From: Adineta vaga
Lineage: Eukaryota; Animalia; Rotifera
Length of the DNA: 64,000 nt
NCBI GenBank assembly: GCA_021613535.1
Contig: CP075495.1
Coordinates: 13,826,001 to 13,890,000 of the forward strand
Reading direction: 5' to 3'
The notes beneath the pieces were generated by a model. It was not told the DNA's origin and ran no database searches. It worked only from the letters and a program-made list of their open reading frames with translations. Both the position numbers and the translations under genes were made by a program. Positions 30,058 through 42,355 of the stretch are shown here, one piece after another; the stretch's first letter is position 1, and each line of letters begins with the position of its first letter.

Positions 30058-30355
30058 ACAAGTAACGCTCATCCGTAGGATTCGCTGACCCCTCTCTGAA
30101 AGAACTATAATGATGATTAACGCATCTATATTCTTTAAAAAACTCTCTTAAAGAGAAGAAACACTCGTCAAAATTTCTTTTCTTGATTTCATGTTTTGAT
30201 TTTGTTCAGCATCATTGAAAACCTCGGGATCCAAATTTTAGCGCCTCTGGTTGAACGAATAAAGAATACATCAAATTTACTGACAACCACTCCCGAAACT
30301 ATTTTGAGATTTGTCAAAAAATATGCTCAGAAATCGAGATTTATTTAGACTCTAA

Positions 30356-30602
30356 CCCAGGTCGACCAATCGGATACTCGAATCCGATCGGATCCAACAT
30401 AGCATACTATAGTTTCCAAAAAACGGATTTCGACGGATCCGACAGGTGGCCATAAGACCACAATAAAATATAGCTAAAGAGAACGCTCATAAAATTTGCA
30501 GCTTCCGACGGAAATTCTACTGACGGAATCCGATAGGATTTTGTCGGAACGTTGGATCCTATAAGGTCCTATCGGATCCAATATCAGATTTGTCGACCTG
30601 GG
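30356..30602. mobile_element. MITE with CCCAGGTCGAC terminal inverted repeats and TAA on both flanks
   Basis: taa|cccaggtcgaccaatcggata ... tatcagatttgtcgacctggg|taa; internal GGATCC/TCGGA subrepeats. Confidence 0.75.
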
Positions 30603-30767
30603 TAAGAGCTTTATAAAATTATTCGTTTAATAGACTAAAAGATACAGCATCGAAAACTGAACAAAATCCTCTATTTAGATATTCTTTCTGTGGACCGATC
30701 GGTACTAGTCGAACATTAAAAATACGTAAATATGATAAACAGAATAATATTAATTGTTTTTATCTAT

Positions 30768-33030
30768 CCCCTGAAAGAAAAAAAGGAGTATTCCAAAACC
30801 TTTTTTGGTTCTGCAACACCTCTAGAACCAGAAAAAGTTCTGTATGACATATGAGAAACCAAGAAAGGTTCTGGGCAACTATTCTGAACTACAAACGATT
30901 TTGTCCGACAATTCTAAACTATGAAAAGTTCTGTCAGTCATCCCTCAAACTACAGAAGGTTTAGTTATTTTGCTACTGAACCTTAAAAACTCCTTCGAAC
31001 CATGTAAGCTTATGAACAGGCTTGTAAGAAACCGAAATGGTTCTGCCTATTAAATCCCGAACCGTAAAAAGTTCTGTTTTATTTATTTTGAACCAAAAGG
31101 GTTCTACCCAAAAATACTCAGTTTGAAAGGGATCGGTCTGATAATATGAATTATAGAGATTTTTTCCTTCGATGTTACTAAATGTAAAGTTTCTTTTCTA
31201 AAATCCGCAACCTGATATAGCTGTCCCAGTGAATGTTGGAGTATCGTAAGTTTCCTCAACTGAAGAAGAGAGTCACACACTCAAAAATGTATATACGTTC
31301 GTTTGTTCATGCAAGTCAATAACAATTCAACAACTTTCTTTTCTCTTTGGAGTTTTGTCATAATAAAAAACGGAAATGCTTTGGCCATTTCAAGTTGTCA
31401 ATAACGATCTTAGGTATGAACTGAACAACTTAATGTTTTGCATCGACGATGGTGGGAGTCCACTATCAGTATATGATTATTCCAAGCAATTTTTCAGTCA
31501 TCCAAATCTGAGGGAGGTTTTTCTCTTATTACTTACATGTAACAAAATCATGTTCAGGCCAGTTACAAGTTAACAGAGAACGACTCTAATATAGCTCAAA
31601 CTAACTTATATGTTATGTCAACAATAGAGGGTAGGAGTTGATCAGCTCAAATCCATGAACTCTGATGAAATGAACTAAAGAACTATTCAAAAGTTTATCA
31701 TTTCGCCGAGCCCAATCTTTTGAAAATATTCTTTACAAATAAAATGATCTTTTTCAGCGGTTCCTCTATTCGATTATGTAGAGATATCACGTAGTCATCA
31801 ATTGATAGTATGTAGGGGTATTTGTATACCCTTGAGCATAGAAGATATCTTTATATAATGAGACTAGCATGCAGGGACGGGCTGAGGATTTTATAATAGC
31901 CGAAAATTTAACTTCAAAGCATGGGTCCCGCATGAAACTTATGAAAGATGATAAGTGACCCAAATGGTGAGTTTTTACCACAAACATTTAGTGATTGAAG
32001 TTTGCGAAACAAAATTCTTTTAATTGCTACACCCAATTTTTGTTTTTGGTTTAAGCAGTACTCAGATTCTTAGAATGTTATCGGAATCTACATCGAATTT
32101 CATCCACAGATTACAAGTCTTTCAGAAGCTATCAAGAGATATATTCAATACGACTTGTTCAATCCCTCTTTCTATTCGGACAGCTTTCGAAACTAAATAT
32201 CATATGAAATATTTCTTATTGTTGTATAGGTACATATCGATATCTGATTAAGAGTAAGTAATATTTCAAATAAGAAATGAAACATTCTCTATTATCATTT
32301 AGGTTTGTATAGATATGTGGGTAAAAATGAGTTATTTTCAAAACAATATGTTAAATATTTATTGTTATTATTTCGGTTCTTTGCCATATCTGATTAAAGT
32401 TGAGTGATATTTTGGATTTTAGATTAAATATTTTCTATTGTCATTTAGATTCAGATCGAAGTCTAACGAAATGTTAGTTATATTTTATATAGAAAACTAA
32501 ATATTTTCTTCTTTTATATTTAAACCGATCTATATTGCAGAGAAATGGTAAGTGGGATATTAGAAACAAAATAAGTAGAATGATTTTCTTTTTATATCTA
32601 GGTTGATTTGTACACGTATTCAAGTACTGCAAGTGCGTCTGTTTATATTACAAGGTCAAAAACAGACTGAGAAAGTGAATTAGGTTAGGGCTGAATTGAG
32701 CCAATTGGCAGAAAGCAAAAAGCGTGATTCGACTGTAGCTTAATTCAGTTTTTCGGTCTATTTGAGAGCTTAACATAAACAGACGCACTTGCAACACTGG
32801 AATATGTGTACAAATCAACCTAGATATAAAGAGAAAATAATTTGCTGAAAAACCATTTAACACACCTTTTATGTCAGACTGAACCTTATTTTTGTATAGA
32901 ATAATAAAGAGTTCTGTTAGGTTTTAACAGAACCCTCTATGAGCCAGAACCTTTTTGTGGGTTTCTGAGTTTTACCAGCGGGCCGAACCCCCAAAAAGGT
33001 TCTGGAAAACTTCTTTTTTATTTTCAGAGT
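30768..33030. mobile_element. Non-autonomous CACTA/EnSpm-like element (~2.3 kb) with subterminal GAACC/GGTTC repeats
   Basis: Left ctgaaagaaaaaaaggagtattccaaaaccttttttggttc versus reverse complement of the right end ctgaaaataaaaaagaagttttccagaacctttttggggttc; many GAACC motifs near both ends. Confidence 0.6.
32584..32837. repeat. Foldback inverted repeat with ~67-bp arms
   Basis: 32584-32650 is the near reverse complement of 32770-32837 (tatatctaggttgatttgtacac..gcaagtgcgtctgtttat). Confidence 0.85.
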
Positions 33031-35470
33031 TGGCTTTCATGCATCTAATATCTGATGCGATGAAAAAAATTTAAATAGAAGGAAAATGATTGATAAAAAT
33101 TGTCCAAAAATATCAACTGCTTCGGATTTGAATTTAAAAGATGCATATGTCAAATTAATCAACATCATGTCATATAAATTTGGTTGTGTAGGACCATATT
33201 GACATAATAAATTTGCTGATAAATAACGAAATTATGGAACATACGATAATAAACAAATCAATCGATTACAATATATTGAATTATCAACGAGTAAATGATG
33301 CTTTAAACAAATATTACCTTCAAAGACAATGATCAAAAAAGATTAGAACACTTATGATAATTAAATGAAAATAGAGTTGCTCTAATAAATTACTGCTTGT
33401 CTATAAATAAGAAACAAAATGAATAGAAATATAGATGAGATTTACGGAATGTTCATTTTTAATTTTGTTCTCATTTCGTAAGTCTAAATATGGAATTTTT
33501 TTTATCTCTTTTGCCATGAAAGTAGAAAAGAAAAACTTCTTTTACGCAAGACATCAACATTATTATTTGTTTTCATTAGAATTTAAAACATTGAAAAAAG
33601 AACGAACAATCATATACTCTATAATTTTGGTCAAAATGTATATGTTTTCTGATAGAAGAGAAAGCTTTTATCTGGAAACATCAAGTATTAAAAAATAAAG
33701 AAAAAGAGTTTATTGAATTTTTTGTATGGATTCAATAGTTATTTACCTAATTATGACAATGGATAATATTCGTTTAAAATCGATTATTTTAAAATTTACA
33801 AGCTCGTCTTTCAAATGACGTTTGATAATGTCTTCATTTTCATCTTGGTTATGATGCAACAGTCGTTTGGATTCTCATTGTTTGGATGCTGTGAAATTGT
33901 TCAAAGGTTATAGGTAACTATTATACGAATTCGATATTTTTTACAAATATATTTAGAGCATTGCAATCGAAATTGATTGAATCAGACCAAGCAAAGTTTA
34001 TCATTAATTTTTTTATCTCTTTTCGACTAATGTTCGATATTATTTGTTAATTCATGTCAGATATAATCCTATCTTTGTTAAAATACCAATATTATATGAA
34101 AGAAAATTTCCATTTAGTGTAAATATGACAATTATATACTTCATCAATATATTCATAGTCAACAAGTCAGTGATCAATATGCCATTGGTTCAATGAAACA
34201 AATGTCATGATACATGCGTCGATGGTATATTTTAGAAGAATGTTCATCACAATCGATGAATTCAGAAAGGCAGTTCACATTGATTTCTCAAATAAACAAA
34301 ACCGTCATATTAGATAAAGAAACTATTTTGGATGTACATTCAACAACTAAATGTTCAGTATCATGTGTAATTATTTGAATGCACAGCATGAAAAACTTCG
34401 ATAGATCTAGTATAGTCGGTTTCATCGACACCGATGATGAATATATTCAAAATGAAATAAGTGTAAACTCAAGACAGAACGACTTTATCACTCGCGAATT
34501 AATCATACTCTTGTAATTCTCAGAATGATAATGAATAGGAAGGGACTATAAGTACGTGTCACTATGTAAACATGAAACACTCTTTGTGTTTACAAATGCA
34601 TTTCGCCGTCTTTAATTGAAGCTCGAATATATCGGAAGTTGCATCCAGATGCGATTTATATCCTAAAATGTGTCTCCCAACATTAGTTAGTTGAGACTGA
34701 GATACACTCTTTTCTCTAAAACTTTCTTTTTTATCTTGAAAGATGTACGAATACAAAACATCTTTCTATCATTAGACATCAAACGTCAAATCAAAGAAGC
34801 AACTAAATAAAGTTGTCAAACTCGTCATCCACTTTATCGTGACGTCAACCCCAACTCTCTAACGTTACAAATATAGTAACGATTTGTGAGGCACTCAGAG
34901 TTTAAACTAAACTCTCTATTATGAGAAATATTCAAAATCAAGTTAAAAAAATATTTTGCTACGTTTTCATGCACAACAGAATGTTTAAGAAATGATTTTC
35001 CAGTCGTTCCCAATAGATCACCGATGGGAATAAGTCCAGCGGACCCATTCAAAGGCTCATAAGACGCATCGACGGTCGTCCTTCTTCTTCATAACCTTTC
35101 CACTATTGAAAATTTTTCAGAAGACATTATATTACGAGCAGACAGTTTCACAAAATATCATATGATACCCATCAAACTTCAATTGATAAACTATAGTGCA
35201 TTTCAAACACGGGATTTCGCTATCTCGGATATACACAAATCACCAACTTAGACGATAAACACATCTCTCACGGTCGAACATCAAGAGCTTACAACAATAC
35301 ACGTTATTGTACCATAAATACGACTTAGAAGCACACTGTGTATTGATTTGTCACCACATCGGTTTCCTCTGAAAAAATTCTCCAGAAAAGAGCACTAAAG
35401 CGCAATGTCCATCGAGTCCAAACTAGAACGTCAACCTATTTCCAAAAGTATTTCGGAGATACTTTCTTTG

Positions 35471-36607
35471 TTAGTAGCCCATTTGAATGCCTCGGAGATC
35501 CAGTGTGGTGAGTGTCTATAGAGGAGAGAGAGAGCATGGATGTGTCAATTAGGACAAGAGCGAACGAGTATTACCGTGTTTATTTGCAAGGCATCACCAA
35601 TATGTCGTGCTCCTTGATGGCCGATATCATTGTTCTCGAGATTTAGTGTGGTGAGTGTCTATAGAGGAGAGAGAGGATGGGTGTGTCAATTAGGACAAGA
35701 GCGAATGAGTATTACTGTGTTTATTCGCACGGCATCACCAATATGTTGTGCTCCTTGATGGTCGATTTGATTGTACTGGAGATCTAGTGTGGTGAGTGTC
35801 TATGTATAGAATATTCCTTTCGAGAATGTGGGTAAAGTAATTTGAACTTTAGAGTAAGGTTTTTCAAATAGATATAGGATTATACAAGAGGTGTTGCGGT
35901 AGTGTGTGAAAGTGTTCGATCCGGGTTCATGGAGTGAAAAGAGAAATCGTTGCTTGTCTGATTATTACTGAGTTAATGTTGTAATCGTCGGATGAGTAGA
36001 GTGAGTGCTGTACTGAAGGTAGTGATACTTGTTTATTTCGAATGGTTTTGGATTGTTATTTTTAGACTTGGTTTGCGAAAGATCGTATTGAGTCGGGGCA
36101 GAATATAAAACAATTCACTTTATTTTATTCAGTGGGTTTCAAAGATAGTTGTTGCATTGTCTAAGGGTTGCAATAGTGACATTTGTTGGAAACGGGAAAG
36201 GTGTTTTAATGCTGCGGTTTTATTCTTGTGCGGCACAGGACTGCACGTTTAATAAGATATATATTCTATGGGCATAGATAGTAAAGAACAGGCGAGAGGA
36301 TGGGTTGTTTTAATAGCATGAGTCAATGTTGTGTTTGGTTGACTCGTGGAATTTGCTTCGGAATTGTGAAATTTGTTTTTTCTTTGAGTAAACTGATTAA
36401 GTTAGATGTTGCGAGGCTCATGTGTGTTTGAACAGATGAGAAAATAGGTAAAGCACTTCGCAAACTTACTTGATATCGATGATAAATGTTCAGAATTTGA
36501 TTAAAACGTTGGCAAACATTTTGCATTGAACAAAATAGTGTAAAACCAGACAGATGATCCAAAATTCGATAGACGAGTTCAATTGGTAATGTTGAAAATG
36601 TGTACAT
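35471..36607 (-). CDS. F-box plus RI/NLRC3-like leucine-rich repeat protein; possibly truncated by TAA in exon 4
   Basis: F-box FSTLPIELVYRILDHL..VCQRFNQIL; two complete 84-nt exons TLTTLDLQYNQIDHQGAQHIGDAVRINT and TLTTLNLENNDIGHQGARHIGDALQINT; a third repeat begins then stops. Confidence 0.8.
35478..35802. repeat. Tandem exon+intron repeat, period 141-143 bp
   Basis: gtggtgagtgtctat recurs at ~35505, 35648 and 35789; the intervening introns are nearly identical. Confidence 0.9.
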
Positions 36608-37528
36608 ATTCGCTTAAAATTCCACAAACGTTTGTTGAGAATACAAGCTATTGAATATATTTTGTTTGTTATGAAAAGAAATTCGCTTTGCTGATAGTAT
36701 TGTATTTTTGTTATTCGAAAAAGATAATGAAATCTGACGATTTCAACAAAAGCGAATAGTTCGTTTATGCAGAAAGATGGCGTTAACGTATGTATTGAGT
36801 GGAGTTTCGTTTGACGTGTATGATTATCAGTGGCAGTATACAGTCAAGATACGTATTTTTCCTTAGTAGTTTTTTGAGTTTTACAAAAGAGTTCGTTTTA
36901 AGAAAGAATATTTTTGCGCGTGATATTCAACAAAAGTTTAATCAGAAAAAGAAATCTTTGAGGGTAGATACCGATAGTCTCTACTTTTCAGGCTCACGCT
37001 CCATACCCTCATAAACTAATTTCATTCTATTAGTTCGACGTAAGGCAATTTTTATTTCAAATACGTCTATCCTTAAAGATCTTAACACGAAAATGAACTG
37101 AATTGAAGAAAACAAAGCCGGTTCATCTTATCGTGATGTGTGAGATAAATTTCTTGTATGAACAGTTGGTGGTGTATAAAATATTCTCAAAAGCAAAAGA
37201 AAACACATGAAAGTATAAACTAAGTTCGAGTCTGACTCTCAGCGAGTTAACTGAGACTGTTGCATGTCTATGCCATCGTATCTCTAAGATGTTCTTATAT
37301 GATTTGCTTATTCCCCTACGTTTTTCATTGATTCCAATAGTGTTCAAACTAGACAAATTTTACTGTACTTTATTTTTCTCAAACCTGCTACGGATTCGAT
37401 TCTACCTATGTGCTCATTTATTGAATTATCATCTCTAGAATGATCAATAGTTTCTATTTCAATATTACTAAACTTTTAATGATTTTATGAATAAATAATG
37501 ACCGACTGATTGTAATCTCATATTATAT

Positions 37529-37980
37529 CTATCGAAAGCGCGTACTTAGCTCGTACTGAAGGGTATAGCAATATTTTGATCTTGTGCAGCCTTTAACTTT
37601 TAACCCTTGATCCTTCACATTGACCCCACCTATCATCCTACCCTTAATCTGCTCTCGGTTTCCGATGTTTAAGACAGTCTTGAAGAAAATGGTTTTTTGA
37701 CCTTTGACACTGATACAAAAGCGCACAGAAACTTTTTTCCATATGACGCTCCTTTCTGTGGAAGGAATAAGGTATAGGTGTAAGTGTTCCTTGACAGAGT
37801 ACGCACATACGTACATCCACACAAGGAGAAAAGACCGATCTTGGATCCTCATAGTTCCTGCGATCACACAGTTCATGATGACCAATGATAACCCATGAGG
37901 GTCCGAAAGTTTGATAGGATTTGGGTATACAGGATCCGCTTTTTCCCCCTTGCAGACTCACGCCCTCAAATTCTACTGAA
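37529..37980. mobile_element. Possible second HINE/DINE-1-like interspersed element
   Basis: Locally higher GC; gtac..gtac mini-hairpin followed by gaagggtata; (cata/cgta) microsatellite; overlapping spurious ORFs. Confidence 0.35.
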
Positions 37981-38461
37981 AAAACATTTCTTCAATGAAC
38001 CCAGTAGCTTTATTAAATAATTCACAGTCAGAATTTTTCTTTTATGCTTAATAACAGGTTATTTTCGGTTTCGCAATAATTATAGTAATTGATTAGAATT
38101 ATGAAAAGCTAATATCAGATTTGCAATCCTGGACTTCGATTACTTTTGGGTAAATCATATAAAGATGATTATTAGTAAATTTTCATGAATTTTTATATTG
38201 CTGCAAGCTGACTGGATTAGACAAATAAGAAATAATAATTAATTAATTATGGTTCATAGAAAAATATTTTTGGGAAAGGAACCCAAGATTCGTATTCCTC
38301 GATCTTGATTACATATGACGAATCGTTGTCCGATGACCGGGGGCAAGTTTTCATCGATTTATACGCTGCTTTCACCTGATTGGCTTGGACAAACAAACAA
38401 ACTTTAAGCATTTTAACGACCCTATTTAAGAAGCATATAACCCTTTCTTTGAGAAAAGGGA

Positions 38462-38680
38462 ATAATCAGAATTTTTCTTGTTATTAAATATTTCACGTAC
38501 ATATCCTTGATACAATTTAAATCCAAAATGACTTTTAATCAATATCTTCCAAAAATAATTATCATTTTCAATTAAAATATAAAAGTGTTTGCATGTTTTC
38601 GATAAGTTCAGAATATCAATAAAAGATAAATATTTACATAAATTATATAAAACATGTTCAGGAAGATTAATTATAGACAT
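38462..38680 (-). pseudogene. 5' (F-box) half of the split F-box/PP2-like gene
   Basis: MSIINLPEHVLYNLCKYLSFIDILNLSKTCKHFYILIENDNYFWKILI is an F-box; the frame runs into the repeat hairpin right after NSDY. Confidence 0.7.
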
Positions 38681-39371
38681 TAGATCTAAAATGAAAAACA
38701 TCATAAAAATTTCTTTCACATAGAGAAAGGAAAATCAAATGGACAAATTGAAAATATATCACAAATAGCATGACAGACAATATTCACCGCAAGAAGAGGA
38801 AACAATGATCAAGTTTCTATTATAATAAACTATTCCAACATTCTCATCTAAGACAGTCTTTATAGCAAATCACTTCTTCCGAAGTCCTATTTTAATCGAA
38901 TGAAATATTCTATCAGTCATTTTATCATTACATTTAACTGAGGAATTATCAACTACAAAAAAAAACATCGTTCTCTCCAAAAAAATTCAAACTATTCAGA
39001 TATCTATAATATATATATATATCCGTTTATAAGAATCTAATGAGGTTTATTTTTTTTGAACTAAATAAATTTAATGAAGCAGTAAATCAGTCTGTCAATA
39101 GAACAAAGCACATTTCTCAACTATGAACTAAAAGAGAGATGTTGTCTTGAAGAAAAGACTGTTAGTATCATCCTTACTTATGAGCAAGTATCATGATTTC
39201 TCCTATAATTATTTCTGTTTGACGATATAATGAAAATCCACATATATGAGAAAGATTCAAAAAAGACTTCTCAGATGTATCTGATAAAAAAACATGAATG
39301 AATATCTGCACGTAATTTTACTGAAAAAATATCGAAAGACGAAAAATGACTAGTTCATTGTAAAGCATTAT

Positions 39372-40590
39372 CATTCGTCATCATCATCGTCGTCACTGTC
39401 GCTCTATAAACATTGTCGAAAAAAATTAAAAAAAATAATATTCAGAAAAAACAATTAGACACAAACGTGCCGATAACATTATACGATGTTCATTTCTGGA
39501 AGAAAACATAGACTTTTCCTTTTTATAGTAGTCACAAATACTTACAGATATTCGTTGAAATTTTTTCGAATCTGAAAAACAAAAAACTTTAAAACTTTTA
39601 TTAGAAAATTTCTAATACAACATTTTTTATTTCTTGCTCTTTATTATTTTCATCAGATTCTTTCATTTTTTGTTCCAAAGAGAAATATTGTATCTTACAA
39701 GATAATCATATAATTCATTTAGCACTAATGATATCAGTTTAATTCCGTAAGTAATGTTCTCTTCTTCCTGGCATACAGAACCAAATACCTGTAAAAAAAA
39801 TCATACCTTGGATCGAACGTTTTTTATGAGAATATAATATATATCAGAATTTCTTCATATCATCTATGAAAAAAGGTTTCAGTTTTTCATGACACAGTCA
39901 ATGCTCATACTGATTTCGATTTTCTAAACCTACATTTTGAAAAAGAACGACAACCCAGGTCAAGCATTCCGGTCCGGAACCATCCAGTTCCAGGACCTTA
40001 CGGTGATTTCATGGAAGCAGTATTTCGGTAACCAAATCCTTTCAATGGATTTACCCGGTTTTATTGGGAACAAAAAGAACCTGCCATAACCGATAGTCGG
40101 ATACAATCACCGGTTCCCTCAGCAGGATTCCAGACACTTTCCCGTGGTATCCAACGCGGAAAACATAGATATCCTGCAGTTTTTTACCGGAAATAAGCGG
40201 AATACTGGTTCCAGGAACCATCGTCCTAGGAACAAGTACTGTTGTTATTTGCTCATCTATTTCCAACAATGAACTAAAATCAATTAATGTGTATAATGTA
40301 TGAAACAAAGCCATTGTATTATCATAAATCCCATTAGCTTGTTCTTCAGTTAAATCATAACAACCGATTAATTGACTTAAAACTACTTCTTTTCGTTGGA
40401 TCGCAGTCATTCGATTGTTTTGATATGTAATTAAATGAATATCGATAGGGTGTAAAAATATTCAAACACGACCACAATCACAATAAACCACCTTCCTTTA
40501 ATTATAGTTTGCCGAAATGCAAACCAATCGGTGAACGGCAAATAAAAACACAATAAACACAATGATAATGATGAAGTACAATTCCATGGA
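39372..40590 (-). pseudogene. Decayed multi-exon gene of unknown function, interrupted by a MITE
   Basis: Coding-like segments KEVVYCDCGRV*IFLHPIDIHL..MTAIQRKEVVLSQLIGCY.., VFGSVCQEEENITYGIKL..NKK*KESDE.. and SDSDDDDDE*, with in-frame stops. Confidence 0.45.
39954..40231. mobile_element. Degenerate CCCAGG-type MITE, related in style to 30356-30602
   Basis: Starts cccaggtcaagcattccggtccggaacc and ends ggttccaggaaccatcgtcctagg; internal TTCCGG/GGAA subrepeats. Confidence 0.55.
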
Positions 40591-41480
40591 TATTGTATTT
40601 TCTAGCAAGAATAGTTATTAAAAATGCTCGTCACCAGATTGATCCGTGGTCTCGTGAAAAGGATTCGTACAAGAAAACACATTTATTTCTAATATACACT
40701 CGGTATACTTATACAGAGAACTATTTTGTACCAGAAAATACAACAAGTTAATTTGTGTATAGTTCATCTTACTTACCAAAAGATAAAAAGACTTATGTTC
40801 CTAAAATCCTCAGGAAGAAAGCAAATACGTAAGCCAAAAACTAGCCAAGTAAAATGACCACACATTTTTTTCCTAATCGTATGCTCTATCTGTTTTCATG
40901 TCCTTCATCGAGTCAATCAAAACTGATCCGGTAAAATTTGAGATAGTAATTAGCTCTCTTTGTAGCTGTCTGAACTAATTAATAATTGAAGAATAATAAA
41001 TCATATCTACATAGAAATCGATTCTCTCGATTCGATACTAATCTTTATCAGTTGTCTGTACTCACTTAAAGATCAATACAAAATGACTGTATTTTTATCC
41101 ATAAAACTGGGATGAAAGATCTGAATTCTATGTTTGTTGTTAGTTACCTTTCTATAGTTCTCAGTAGCACAACACTATAGCTTGTAATGTGAATGGTGTT
41201 CAACATTGCGAGACAACTAAATGAAAACGATTGAAGAAAAGTGGAGAAGTAGAAATAGAATAAGTATAAAGAAAGAAAAGGAATGGATTGGTTCACTGTT
41301 TCAGATTGGTTAATGTAAATCACAAAGAAATAAAACTGTGTGTAATGAATCTTTAGTTGAGTCATGCACACAACTGAATAAAATTATGAAAAACTAGTTT
41401 ACTTGCTTGATAACCTATAGGATAAGCCATAGAAAGTGAAGAAGTATACCTTAAAAAAGAAACTGAAATAAATGATGGTA

Positions 41481-41705
41481 GAGACGTCTGGGGTAATTCG
41501 GATCAACTGTAACATCTTCCCACTTTTTTCGCTAATACTTTTTTTTTGGTACATAGTATCAAGGAGATCCTTTCACCAGTAGATAGAACATGTTTGATTC
41601 TAGTTGTGGTAAAAAAAATCACCTTTCTATCACGTCTTACTGCTGAGAACGAAACAAAACATGATCGATGACTCAAATTTTGATCCGAATTACCCCAGAC
41701 GTCTC
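41481..41705. mobile_element. Young MITE with perfect 26-bp TIRs and TA flanks (Tc1/mariner-pogo-like)
   Basis: ta|gagacgtctggggtaattcggatcaa ... ttgatccgaattaccccagacgtctc|ta. Confidence 0.88.
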
Positions 41706-42050
41706 TACTACTCATAAATGTAACCAGCGAGCGGATCAGTTCGGTGAATATGAGTATAAGTATTGAAGATACATAGACTATTTTTATGGTGCTGGTGGAA
41801 TTGTAAGGTTGAAATTAAAATTCCAGGAATAGTTTACATGCTGTAAAATACAAAGTGGTATTATGATACAGAATGTTAGTTTCCCTAGAAAGACTTTTGA
41901 ATGATCCATGAAGCGTTCACTTATTTATCTGTATTTGTGTAGTTGCTCATCATTGTACAAGAAAAAATATCGGATCACCATCAAAATTTCGTCTTTTTTA
42001 ATGGATTTATGGAACATTAATATCGATCTAGGAACTATCAAATATTAATT

Positions 42051-42355
42051 TTATTAATTAATTATTTAATTGATACTTTTTGGAAGAGAAATATGATTCA
42101 AAAAGCAAAATCTATCGTTCCGTATTCATTATCAGAAGTTCAATACTATGATAGTTAGTAATTTAAAAAGAGAGAGGGAGAGGCCGTTTTATTAGCATAA
42201 AAATTTGTCCCTTTTGTCGAAGCATTCTTTGATGACATTGACCGCATTATAATTTATGTCAGTAAGAATTTTTGTTAGTTCTGTATTTGAAGTAAAAAAA
42301 AAGAAAAAAAGGACACTCAAGAATCAATAATGTAGGACAAAGATAAAATGATTAT
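42051..42355 (+). repeat. Right copy of the diverged direct repeat bracketing the island
   Basis: Colinear with 27212-27480. Confidence 0.85.

Larger units (their letters stand above)
30058..38461 (+). mobile_element. 8.4-kb composite insertion with Helentron/DINE-1(HINE)-like ends
   Basis: Left end acaagtaacgctc-atcc gta ggat(hairpin)-..gacccc; right end ggacaaacaaacaaac microsatellite then terminal hairpin ccctttct ttg agaaaaggg; no TSD; removing it joins two reading frames in frame. Confidence 0.55.

Noticed and set aside
33050-35400. Coding-like fragments (e.g. MIDKNCPKISTASDLNLKDAYVKLI..) inside the large insertion
   Set aside because: Multiple stops and no recognisable family; may be captured pseudogene pieces but cannot be supported.
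35478-35802. Regularly spaced repeats resembling a CRISPR array
   Set aside because: The whole 141-143-bp unit is repeated and encodes LRR exons with GT-AG introns; eukaryotic context and no cas genes.
37529-37961. Three overlapping ORFs of 64-118 aa
   Set aside because: Explained by the higher GC of a repeat element; no domain recognised.
39640-40470. In-frame TGA codons as possible selenocysteine or recoding
   Set aside because: Accompanied by frameshifts and a MITE insertion, with no SECIS seen; pseudogene decay is simpler.
27212-42355. LTR retrotransposon interpretation of the flanking direct repeats
   Set aside because: No TG..CA termini, PBS/PPT or gag-pol remnants recognised.
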